From a virus (Duplodnaviria > Caudoviricetes): a stretch of DNA of 44,051 bases. The DNA is taken from positions 1 to 44,051 of the IMG/VR virus record IMGVR_UViG_3300048855_000073; one strand, written 5' to 3'. Shown in pieces: positions 7,440-15,542 of the stretch. Position 1 is the first letter of the stretch. Every line of letters starts with the position of its first letter. Below the pieces are notes generated by a model, which saw nothing but the letters and a program-made list of their open reading frames with translations, made no database searches and was not told the DNA's origin. Both the position numbers and the translations under genes were made by a program.

Positions 7440-7682
7440 ATGACCCTCGCCGAATATCTGGAATCCACCGGGACCACGGCCCTCGCTTTCGCGAAGAGGC
7501 TTCGCGTGTCCCATACGACAGTCGGCCGCTATCTGAGCAAAGAGATGAGCCCGTCTCTCGCCAGATGCGCGGAAATTGAGCGCATTACCAAAGGCTTGGT
7601 ATGCGCCAACGACTTCGTGCCACGCAGCAAGAGGCGCTATCGGCGCCCTGCAGCGTCGCTGCCGGCGAGTGCTGCGCGATGA
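7440..7682 (+). CDS. Cro-like repressor
   Basis: MTLAEYL...FAKRLRVSHTTVGRY...IERITKGLVCANDF; divergent from CI. Confidence 0.85.
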   Translation: MTLAEYLESTGTTALAFAKRLRVSHTTVGRYLSKEMSPSLARCAEIERITKGLVCANDFVPRSKRRYRRPAASLPASAAR

Positions 7683-7812
7683 TTGTCCAGTCTCGTGCAA
7701 GGGGTATGGCTGCCTTCGGCCAAGTGCGGGGCCCTTTCGGGCGCGGTGCAACATGGCTCAAGCTTGACCGTCAGGCATCTGGAAGCCTTCCGCATGACGG
7801 GGGCTTCATCCA

Positions 7813-8397
7813 GTGAGCATGCGCCCTCATTCCGATGCGGATTACCGCGCCATCAAGACGGCATTCCGGCAGTCCGTGATGCTGGTGGGTGGGCTGCACG
7901 CTGCCGCCAGCGTCACCCGTGTCGGCGCCAGCCAGCTCGCCGACTATTACCACCCGCAGAAGCTCGACACGTCACCGACTGCTGATGTTGTCATGGATCT
8001 GGCGGCAGTCGCGCAGCAGCCGTTGGTGCTGGCAGAGATGGCGCGCATCCTGGGTTATCGCCTGGTGCCGCTGGACCGCCAGGACGGTGCCCAGCTCGCG
8101 GCCCTGATCGCGGAGAGCGCGCGCGAGAGCGCCGATGTTCCCGCAGCATTCTTGGACGGCCTCGGTGACGGCGACATCTGCCGCGCGGATGCCGCCGAAG
8201 TGGAGCGGCACGCGCTGGAGGCCGCCAACTCCTTCACGCGTGTCGCAGCAGTCGCCGGCGCTTTGGCCAGCGGCATTGGCCACAACGCCGCAACAATCTC
8301 GCCTGCCCTCCCCAGGGTGAAGGGCGAGGGGCAGCCCGCTGACCGTCGCTTGCCGAGCGAGGACGGCAGCGGGCGCTTTCAAGGACAGGACGCATGA
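7813..8397 (+). CDS. CII-like regulator (CP76 type)
   Basis: GG..AAA..TRVG.SQL..Y..P, LAEMARILGYRLVPL and DGDI motifs; position after cro. Confidence 0.7.
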   Translation: MSMRPHSDADYRAIKTAFRQSVMLVGGLHAAASVTRVGASQLADYYHPQKLDTSPTADVVMDLAAVAQQPLVLAEMARILGYRLVPLDRQDGAQLAALIAESARESADVPAAFLDGLGDGDICRADAAEVERHALEAANSFTRVAAVAGALASGIGHNAATISPALPRVKGEGQPADRRLPSEDGSGRFQGQDA

Positions 8398-8756
8398 AGA
8401 TCGCCACACAAGCGGCGCGTCGCCGGCAGAATGCAGCCACGCCGCCCAGCAAGCCCCGCATCGACTTTGATCTGATTGCACGCGCTGCCCTGCCGCATGC
8501 GCTGACGCTCTGCGCGCGCTGGCTGCCAGGGGGGAAGCTGCTCGGTCACGAATGGACCTGCGGCAGCCTGGCTGGCGAGGCGGGCGGATCCTGCAAGGTC
8601 AACGTCAACACAGGCCGCTGGGCTGATTTCGAGGCCGGCAGCGGCGGCGGCGACTTGGTCAGCCTGGCGGCGGCCATCCACCACATTCCCCAGGGCGAAG
8701 CCGCCCGCAAGATTGCCGACATGCTCGGCCTCGACCTCGGAGGGCGCCATGTCTGA
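8394..8756 (+). CDS. Primase N-terminal (ZBD-like) domain as a separate protein
   Basis: WLPGGK..GHEW..GSL.GE.G.S.KVN..TGRWADF..G..GGDLVSL pattern. Confidence 0.75.
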   Translation: MKIATQAARRRQNAATPPSKPRIDFDLIARAALPHALTLCARWLPGGKLLGHEWTCGSLAGEAGGSCKVNVNTGRWADFEAGSGGGDLVSLAAAIHHIPQGEAARKIADMLGLDLGGRHV

Positions 8757-11298
8757 GCACCACCTGAATGGCGCCAACGGCGCATTCGCCCCTCTCATCG
8801 GAGCAGCGCATCCCATGCCTCTAGCCCTGACGAAGGAGCCGGAAGTCTGGGAGCCAAGGCCCGCGCCTGCGAGCCTGCCGAACCGCCGCAAGATGTTCCA
8901 TCCTGCCATGGGTGAGGCGAAGACCTTCTGGACCTATCGCGATGCGGACGGTGCCCCCCTCTTCCTGGTCGCTCGTTTCGAGGCCGAGGGCGGCAAGAAG
9001 GAAACCATCCCTTTCACCTATGGCCGCCGCGTCTGGGATGGCAGCGACGGCAAGCGCCAGGAGCGCCTGGGCTGGCACATGAAAGCGCCGGCGGCACCAC
9101 GGCCGCTCTATGGCCTGGATCGCCTGGCCGCTCATCCTGATGCGCCAGTGCTGGTTGTCGAAGGTGAGAAGACGGCAGATGCCGCCGGCAAGCTGTTTTC
9201 CGACTATGCGGCGGTCACCAGCCAGGGCGGGTCCAAGGCGGCAGGCAAGAGCACATGGTCACCGCTGGCCGGCCGCCACGTCTTCATCTGGCCGGATCGC
9301 GATGATGCAGGGCTGGCCTACGCCAATGAGGTGGCCCGCAGGGCACGCGCCGAAAAAGCGAAGTCAGTCCAGATCGTGCAGGTGCCGCAGGACTGGCCGC
9401 AGGGCTGGGATCTGGCCGACCCCCTGCCCACCGGCGTCTCGCCGGAGCTTCTGCAGGAGCTGCTGCAGGAGGCGCCGGATGCCGATCCGCCGATGCTCCC
9501 TCCCAACTTCAAGTTCCGCGACGACGGCCTCTGGTACGATCCACCGGATCCGGTCGACGGTGAGAGCACAGCGTCACCCACCTTTATCGCCGCCCCCTTC
9601 GAGGTGGTGGGGGAAGCCAATGACGGCAGCGGCACGAGTTGGGGCCTGGTGATCCGCTGGCTGGATGGCGACAACCGGCGCCATCAGTGGTCGGTCCCGA
9701 AGCGCCTGGTGCATGCCGATGGCAACCGCATTGCGGAGGAGCTGGAGGACAGCGGCCTGCACTGCAATCCGCTGGGTAAAGCCAGAACCCTCATGAAGAC
9801 CTTCATCGGCGGGGTGCGCTCCAAAAGGCGCCTGACCTGCGTCGATCGCACCGGCTGGCATTCCGCCCAGGGAAAGCCGGTCTTCATCCTGCCGGGTGGA
9901 GAGGCCTATGGCCCGGCTTCCAGCACCGTCATCCTGCAGACCGAGCATGCCTCCACGGATGGGGCCTTTCTGGCTCAGGGCTCCCTGGCTGAATGGCAGC
10001 AGCATCTGGGGCGCTACGCGGTGGGCAACCATCGCATGGCGCTCTGCATCAGCACCGCCTTGGCGACCCCGCTGCTCGATATCGTCGGCGGCGAAAGCGG
10101 CGGCATCCACCTGGTCGGGGATTCCAAGACCGGGAAGAGCACCATGCTCTTCGTGGCGGGCAGCATCTGGGGGAAGGGCGCCCGCGGCGCCCAGGTGCGC
10201 CAGTGGCGCGCCACGGCCAATGGCCTGGAGAGCGCAGCCTCGGAGACCAGCGACACGGTCCTGATCCTGGATGAGATGGGCCAGGCCAGCGGCAGCGATG
10301 TGGCCGACACCATCTATATGCTGGCCAATGGAAGCGGGAAGCTGCGGGCAGGCAAGGAAGGTGGGGCTCGGCGGAGCAAGACCTGGCGCACCATGTTCCT
10401 GTCGACTGGGGAAATCTCTCTGGGCGCCAAGATGGCCGAGGCGGGCAAGAAAATGATGGCCGGCCTTGAGGTGAGACTGCTGAACCTGCCGGCCGATGCC
10501 GGCGTGATGCATGACGGCGCCACCATGGGGGTGGTGCAGAACCGGCACGGCCTCCCGAGTTCGGCCCAGCTGGTGAAGCAGTTGGAGCAGGCCTCGAAGA
10601 CGTACTATGGCACGGCCGGCCGGGCTTTCCTGTCCAACCTGGTGCGCGCCCGCACCCGCGACCCGAAGAAGCTGGAAGCCCGGCTGAAGAATGCGCAGCT
10701 GGAATTCGCCAAGCGCCACGTTCCCGCGGAGGCAGCCGGCCAAGTGCGCAATGTGGCTGACCGTCTGGCGCTGACTGGGGCGGCAGGCGAGCTGGGTATC
10801 GAATGGGGCGTGCTCCCCTGGCCAAAGGGCGAGGCGATGGCCGCGGCCGTCGCGATGTTCAAGTTGTGGCTGGAGGACCGGGGCGGCATCGGCGCCAGTG
10901 AAGACGACCAGGCTGTTGCGCAGGTGCAGGCGTTCATCGAGAGCCACGGGGAGAGCCGCTTCACCCCTATCGGCAAGGATGCCTCCGGCGAGCCGGTGGC
11001 CCCCTACGAGTTGGGGCAGCGGACCCACAACCGGGCCGGATGGCGGCGCCGGGCAGCGAACGGGGAGGGCTGGGAGTACCTGATCCTCACCTCAATCTGG
11101 AAGACGGATGTCTGCAAAGGGATGGACCCCAAGAAGGTGACGGCGGTCATGCGGCAGCGGCAGCTGCTGGTAGGCGGCACCACGCGGCACCCTGCTGATC
11201 TGGTGAAGATCCCTGGGGAAGGCAGCGTGCGAGTGTACCGCGTGCCTGGCCACATCATGGGGCAGGCAGATCCGGAAGGCGGCGAGGAGGTGGAGTAA
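8749..11298 (+). CDS. TOPRIM primase fused to DUF927 helicase
   Basis: VLVVEGEKTADA and WPDRDDAG TOPRIM motifs, GWDLAD; Walker A GDSKTGKST and Walker B LILDE. Confidence 0.9.
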   Translation: MSEHHLNGANGAFAPLIGAAHPMPLALTKEPEVWEPRPAPASLPNRRKMFHPAMGEAKTFWTYRDADGAPLFLVARFEAEGGKKETIPFTYGRRVWDGSDGKRQERLGWHMKAPAAPRPLYGLDRLAAHPDAPVLVVEGEKTADAAGKLFSDYAAVTSQGGSKAAGKSTWSPLAGRHVFIWPDRDDAGLAYANEVARRARAEKAKSVQIVQVPQDWPQGWDLADPLPTGVSPELLQELLQEAPDADPPMLPPNFKFRDDGLWYDPPDPVDGESTASPTFIAAPFEVVGEANDGSGTSWGLVIRWLDGDNRRHQWSVPKRLVHADGNRIAEELEDSGLHCNPLGKARTLMKTFIGGVRSKRRLTCVDRTGWHSAQGKPVFILPGGEAYGPASSTVILQTEHASTDGAFLAQGSLAEWQQHLGRYAVGNHRMALCISTALATPLLDIVGGESGGIHLVGDSKTGKSTMLFVAGSIWGKGARGAQVRQWRATANGLESAASETSDTVLILDEMGQASGSDVADTIYMLANGSGKLRAGKEGGARRSKTWRTMFLSTGEISLGAKMAEAGKKMMAGLEVRLLNLPADAGVMHDGATMGVVQNRHGLPSSAQLVKQLEQASKTYYGTAGRAFLSNLVRARTRDPKKLEARLKNAQLEFAKRHVPAEAAGQVRNVADRLALTGAAGELGIEWGVLPWPKGEAMAAAVAMFKLWLEDRGGIGASEDDQAVAQVQAFIESHGESRFTPIGKDASGEPVAPYELGQRTHNRAGWRRRAANGEGWEYLILTSIWKTDVCKGMDPKKVTAVMRQRQLLVGGTTRHPADLVKIPGEGSVRVYRVPGHIMGQADPEGGEEVE

Positions 11299-11317
11299 TC
11301 GGGCTCTGCTTTTCGGC

Positions 11318-11551
11318 GGGTTACCTGGGTTACTGGGTTACCTGCCTTGCAAGCCACTGTTCCGCCTCCGCATTTCCGGCCGCAACGGGTAACCCTCCGG
11401 CGTCACCTGTGGGTTACTGGGTTACCTGCCGGAGGTTGGCAGGTAACCCAGGTAACCCGGTCAGGGTGAAAAGGTAACCCACCTCCGAAGACGTATGCTG
11501 TTGATATATAATGGTAAAACGTCTTGGTAACCCGGGTAACCCAGGTAACCC
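11318..11551. repeat. Iteron-type origin for the primase-helicase
   Basis: About 12 GGGTTAC/GGTAACC copies in both orientations plus an AT-rich stretch near 11493-11520. Confidence 0.8.
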
Positions 11552-11777
11552 ACTAGAAACTCCCCCACGACCTCCGGCAACCCGTCCAGCTTCTGTTGGA
11601 AGATGTAATTGTTCCCCTTCCAGCGCCTCAAGATCGTGTGATATAGGAAGATAGTCGGCGCCGGGTGGGGACCTGTCGCCCGAGGAGATCGTGCAGAAAA
11701 AGGCCTCGGTCGCTTTTTCTAGTTCTGTCCTGCCTGGACCAGACAATGCCATCTACCCCGCTCCGTTGAGGCGGGAG

Positions 11778-11816
11778 GCGCTCGGAGGCCCATCGGCCGC
11801 CGGGCGTTTTGTCGTT
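11778..11816 (+). terminator. Hairpin motif copy 1
   Basis: GCGCTCGGAGGCC-CATC-GGCCGCCGGGCG followed by TTTTGTCGTT. Confidence 0.55.
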
Positions 11817-11970
11817 CCGACGCTTCGCACGGCGCCCAATCGACCGCCCCCACGGTCGGCCTATGCCCGTCCTTTCCAGCAGCCGCCCCGCCAAGGGGCA
11901 TCACAGAGCACGCCCGACGCCCGACCGGGTTGTGCCCGAAGCATCACGCCTGGGCATGAGGTCTGCCGCG

Positions 11971-12495
11971 ATGAACATGTCGACCATTCTCACCCCCGCG
12001 CTCGGGTCCTGGGAAAAGCCGATTTACGATGCCGAGGTGGTCATCTACCGGCTTGAAGAGGCCGGTCGCACGCTACTGTCCCTGCCGAATGCAGGATGCT
12101 TCCCTTCGGGCTATCGCAGCTTCTGGCCGGACGGCGCCGCCATGGCGGCCGAGGCCTATGGCTACGGCGATGAGTGCAGCATCCGGCCGCCGATGCCCGA
12201 GCCAAAGCAGGTGACCCGCATGGACGAGGCGCTGCGCTGGGTGACCTTGATTGCCCCGGAGCGCCGGATGCATCGGCGCATCGTGCTGATGCGGGCGCTG
12301 GTGAACCCGGTGAACGAGCGGCACAAGTGGAGTTGGCGCAAGATCGGCAAGGCGCTCGGCGCCGACCACAAGGCAATCCAGCGCTGGCATGATCAGGGCA
12401 TCGATTGGATCGAGCAGGCGCTCTACGACCAGCAGCTAGCCGGGGCCAGCTGGGCGGTGCACTACCGGGAGGAGAGGGCCCAGCGCAGCGCCTGA
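11971..12495 (+). CDS. DUF6362-like putative late transcription regulator
   Basis: RLEEAGRTL..LP, P.P..VTRMDEALRW, C-terminal HTH SWRKIGKALGADHKAIQRW; occupies the lambda Q position. Confidence 0.75.
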   Translation: MNMSTILTPALGSWEKPIYDAEVVIYRLEEAGRTLLSLPNAGCFPSGYRSFWPDGAAMAAEAYGYGDECSIRPPMPEPKQVTRMDEALRWVTLIAPERRMHRRIVLMRALVNPVNERHKWSWRKIGKALGADHKAIQRWHDQGIDWIEQALYDQQLAGASWAVHYREERAQRSA

Positions 12496-12538
12496 CCAGC
12501 GGTTGGGCAGAAAGATTACATGCCGTTCATTTAGTGCT

Positions 12539-12578
12539 TGCCCAAACGCCCCACTTTTGGGCATAGAAACAACTATGC
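12539..12578 (+). promoter_or_regulatory. Putative late promoter/operator
   Basis: TGCCCAAA-N9-TTTGGGCA and GCATAG-N6-CTATGC palindromes in an AT-richer gap. Confidence 0.45.
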
Positions 12579-12589
12579 TGACCCGATAA

Positions 12590-12625
12590 GCGCCCGAGGC
12601 CCCACGGCCCGGGCGCTTTGTCGTT
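12590..12625 (+). terminator. Hairpin motif copy 2
   Basis: GCGCCCGAGGCC-CCAC-GGCCCGGGCG followed by CTTTGTCGTT. Confidence 0.55.
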
Positions 12626-12663
12626 TCTGGGGCTGCGGCCCCCTACCGGACACCCCCCCCTGC

Positions 12664-13128
12664 ATGACCGTTCCCGCCGACGCACCCGAGGGTGCGGCCG
12701 GGGGCGCGCGACCCTTCTCTTCCCCTGACGATGCATGGTTCTGGACCATGGCCGCCCTGGTGGCGCGCCGCGATGGTGCCGGGATCGGCTTCCGGGAAGG
12801 CTTGGTCGCGCGCCCCTGCGACCCTGAAGACGTGCTTCGGTGCCTCGACCGTGCCTACCGGGCCGGCACCATCTCCGCCGACCAGGTGCGGGTGATGCGG
12901 ATCTGGGGCGAGCTGCAGCGCGAGCCGGATGGCAGCAACCCGGAGGAGCGCGAGGCCGCCTGGGCCTGGGCGACCGCCATGCTGACCCTGCTGCCGCATC
13001 TGCGGAGCAAGGGAATTGTGGAGCCTGGTGCCTGGATGGCGCTGCTGGCGGATACCCTGAGCCGGCCGATCTGGCCCGCCGCGGCGCTGCCCGTTGTGAC
13101 AACGGCCCAGACGTCCGTTTGCGGTTGA
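12664..13128 (+). CDS. Hypothetical protein (PFSSPDDAWFW...RPCDPEDV...LRSKGIV)
   Basis: Globular protein-like ORF with motif-like Trp/Cys residues. Confidence 0.7.
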   Translation: MTVPADAPEGAAGGARPFSSPDDAWFWTMAALVARRDGAGIGFREGLVARPCDPEDVLRCLDRAYRAGTISADQVRVMRIWGELQREPDGSNPEEREAAWAWATAMLTLLPHLRSKGIVEPGAWMALLADTLSRPIWPAAALPVVTTAQTSVCG

Positions 13129-13140
13129 AACAGCACCAGG

Positions 13141-13884
13141 ATGCCCAGACCACGGCTTAGGGCGGCCGCTGGCGCCGCCAGTTCGGTGCCTCTCTTCGTG
13201 GCCTACTACCGCGTCTCGACCGACCAGCAGGGCCGTAGCGGCCTGGGGCTGGAGGCGCAGAAGGCGGCAGTGGCCCAATTCATGGCGCGGCAGCCCACCG
13301 GCCGCTTGGTCGCCGAGTTCGAGGAGGTCGAGAGCGGCAAGCGCAATGACCGGCCGCAGCTCGCCGCCGCTTTGGCAGCCTGCCGTGCCCGCCGCGCCGC
13401 CCTGGTGATTGCCAAGCTGGACCGGCTGGCGCGCAACGCGCGCTTCCTGCTCTCGGTGGTCGAAGGATCCGGCGAGGGCGGGGTGCTGTTCTGCGACCTG
13501 CCCCAGATCCCAACCGGCGCAACCGGCAAATTCCTGCTGACGCTGCTGGCCGCTGTCGCCGAGCTCGAGGCCGGGTTGATCAGCCAGCGCACCAAGGCCG
13601 CCCTGCAGGCGGCAAAGGCGCGCGGCGTGAAGCTCGGCGGCCGGCGCCTGGTGGAGGGCTTCGACACCGCGGCGGCGCGCAGCGGCCGCGCCGCCCAGAC
13701 CACCCGCTCAGCCAGCCATGCCGGTGACGTGCTGCCCTACATCGAGGCAGCGCAGCGCGCCGGCGCTACCAGCCTTCGCGAGATCGCGGAGGCCCTGACC
13801 GCACGCGGCGTGCGCCCACCCTCCGGCGGAGAGGTGTGGCACGCGACGCAGGTGCGGCGGATCCTGAAAGCGAAGGAAGCCTGA
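13141..13884 (+). CDS. Serine recombinase (resolvase family)
   Basis: YYRVST catalytic Ser, ESG...RPQL, KLDRLAR, ISQRTKAAL..AK.RG.KLG; C-terminal HTH. Confidence 0.92.
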   Translation: MPRPRLRAAAGAASSVPLFVAYYRVSTDQQGRSGLGLEAQKAAVAQFMARQPTGRLVAEFEEVESGKRNDRPQLAAALAACRARRAALVIAKLDRLARNARFLLSVVEGSGEGGVLFCDLPQIPTGATGKFLLTLLAAVAELEAGLISQRTKAALQAAKARGVKLGGRRLVEGFDTAAARSGRAAQTTRSASHAGDVLPYIEAAQRAGATSLREIAEALTARGVRPPSGGEVWHATQVRRILKAKEA

Positions 13885-14285
13885 TGGCCACCCCCACCAC
13901 CCGGAAGCCCCGCGCCAAGAAGGCCGAGGCCCCCTCTGCCTCGCAGCTGCTGTCCCGCGACTTCCCCGCGCCCGAGCCGGCGCCGGCGGCCGCCTCCAAC
14001 CACCCGGTGCTGACCGATCCGAAGCTGATCGCCATGGCCGAGGAATACTGCAAGGGCGCGCCGGAGAAGAACCGGCTGGAGAAGCGGCTGAAGGAGCTGA
14101 AGCCGGTGCTGCTGGCCGCGATGGGCGATGCCGACATGGCCTATGCCGGCAAGCGGGTGCTGACCCGGGCCGAGGTGGTCGGCACCCCCGACACCGTGGG
14201 CGAGAAGATCACCAAAGCGATGGTGGGTCAGCACCTGCCCGGCAAGAAGGGCCAGGCCGGCTACACCACGCTGGTGGTGCGTTGA
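13884..14285 (+). CDS. Hypothetical protein
   Basis: TGATG coupling to the recombinase; AAGGA SD. Confidence 0.7.
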   Translation: MATPTTRKPRAKKAEAPSASQLLSRDFPAPEPAPAAASNHPVLTDPKLIAMAEEYCKGAPEKNRLEKRLKELKPVLLAAMGDADMAYAGKRVLTRAEVVGTPDTVGEKITKAMVGQHLPGKKGQAGYTTLVVR

Positions 14286-14440
14286 TGACCCGGGTCTCGC
14301 CCGGGGCGGCCTATCGCCACATGCTTCGCCGCTTGGCGCGCACCTATAAGCCGAGGAGCGATGCCGACCGCAAGGCGCTGGTCGCGGCCCACACGAAGCG
14401 GGCCCGCAAGGCCGAGCAGCGCCTGGCGCGCGGCCACTGA
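14285..14440 (+). CDS. Small basic hypothetical protein (MTRVSPGAAYRHMLRR...)
   Basis: Read by hand; TGATG coupling; fills the gap before HNH. Confidence 0.5.
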   Translation: MTRVSPGAAYRHMLRRLARTYKPRSDADRKALVAAHTKRARKAEQRLARGH

Positions 14441-14469
14441 GCGCGCCCAGGCAGCGCGCCAAGCTGTCC

Positions 14470-14796
14470 ATGCTGATGCCGGGCATGCGCAGCATCGACA
14501 CGCGCAGCGCCGCGCCCGCGGCGAAGAAGGCGGCGCCCTTCTACCTGACCCCGGAATGGCGTGACCTGATCGCCTCGATCATCGCCGAGCGCGGCCGGCG
14601 CTGCGAGGCCTGCAGCCGCACCGGCACCCGCATCTTCGGCGACCACATCCGGGAGCTGCAGGACGGCGGCGCCGCCCTCGACCGCCGCAACATCCGCCTC
14701 CTCTGCGGGGCCTGCCACACGGCCAAGACAGCGGCCGCCAGGGCCGCCCGGATGCGTGCCAGCCCAGCCCCTCCACCTGTCACCCCTCTGCCCTAG
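14470..14796 (+). CDS. HNH endonuclease (terminase-associated, HK97 gp74-like)
   Basis: FY..PEW, CEAC, DHI.EL.DGG..LD..N..LLC..CH..KT; true start may be CTG at 14437. Confidence 0.9.
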   Translation: MLMPGMRSIDTRSAAPAAKKAAPFYLTPEWRDLIASIIAERGRRCEACSRTGTRIFGDHIRELQDGGAALDRRNIRLLCGACHTAKTAAARAARMRASPAPPPVTPLP

Positions 14797-14820
14797 GCGG
14801 CCTCCCAGGCCGCCGGCAGG

Positions 14821-14925
14821 ACCCCTCCCGCCCCGGCCTGGCCCACCCCCCCCTGGGGGGTCCGGATCGCTAGCCGGGGGGGAGGGGGGGTGACCGCGCA
14901 GGGGTCACTCAGAGATTTTCGAGCC
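14821..14925. other. Probable cos packaging site region
   Basis: G/C-run-rich intergenic region between HNH and terS ending in AGATTTTC, the usual position in HK97-like cos phages. Confidence 0.55.
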
Positions 14926-14954
14926 CCCCTCTGCGGGTGGTGGAGGATGTTCAT

Positions 14955-15542
14955 GTGCTGACCGATAAACAGCGCCTGTTCGTCGAAGCCTATCTCATTG
15001 AACCCAACGGGAAAAAGGCGGCGATCGCGGCAGGATACAGCCCCAGTACGGCGGAGGTTCAGGCCTCCAGGTTGTTAAGGCATGTTCAGGTCGCAGAAGC
15101 CCTGCAGGCAGGCCGCAAACTGGCTTCCGTGCGCTCCGGCATCACCCCGGAAATGGTGTTGGCCGAGCTCGGCAAGATCGCCTTCTCCGACATCCGCCGG
15201 GTGGTGAAGTGGATGTCCGAGGTTCGCCAGCTGATGGAGGACCCGGAAACCGGCGAGCCGACCCTGGAAATCGCCAACCGCATCGTGGTGGAGGACAGCG
15301 ACAGCCTGGACCCGGCGACCGCCGGCGCGATCTCCGAGGTGTCCATGACGAAGAGCGGCACCCTGAAGGTGAAGCTCTACGACAAGAGGGCCGCCCTGGT
15401 GGATCTCGGCCGCGCGACGGGGATCTTCGACAAGGCACCGAAGAAGCCGGCCGCCGGCGGGAAAAAGGCTGGCCAGGCCGGCGACCAACCCCCTGCCGGC
15501 GACCAGGAGCCTGCCGGTGATTGGGGCGGCCTGCTGAATTGA
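14955..15542 (+). CDS. terS: Terminase small subunit
   Basis: LTDKQRLFVEAYL..N...AAIAAGYS; V..EL.KIAFSD; KLYDK.AAL. Confidence 0.9.
   Translation: MLTDKQRLFVEAYLIEPNGKKAAIAAGYSPSTAEVQASRLLRHVQVAEALQAGRKLASVRSGITPEMVLAELGKIAFSDIRRVVKWMSEVRQLMEDPETGEPTLEIANRIVVEDSDSLDPATAGAISEVSMTKSGTLKVKLYDKRAALVDLGRATGIFDKAPKKPAAGGKKAGQAGDQPPAGDQEPAGDWGGLLN

Noticed and set aside
11414-11894. Minus-strand ORFs with GLPGLPGLP repeats
   Set aside because: The peptide repeats are translations of origin iterons; the region looks regulatory
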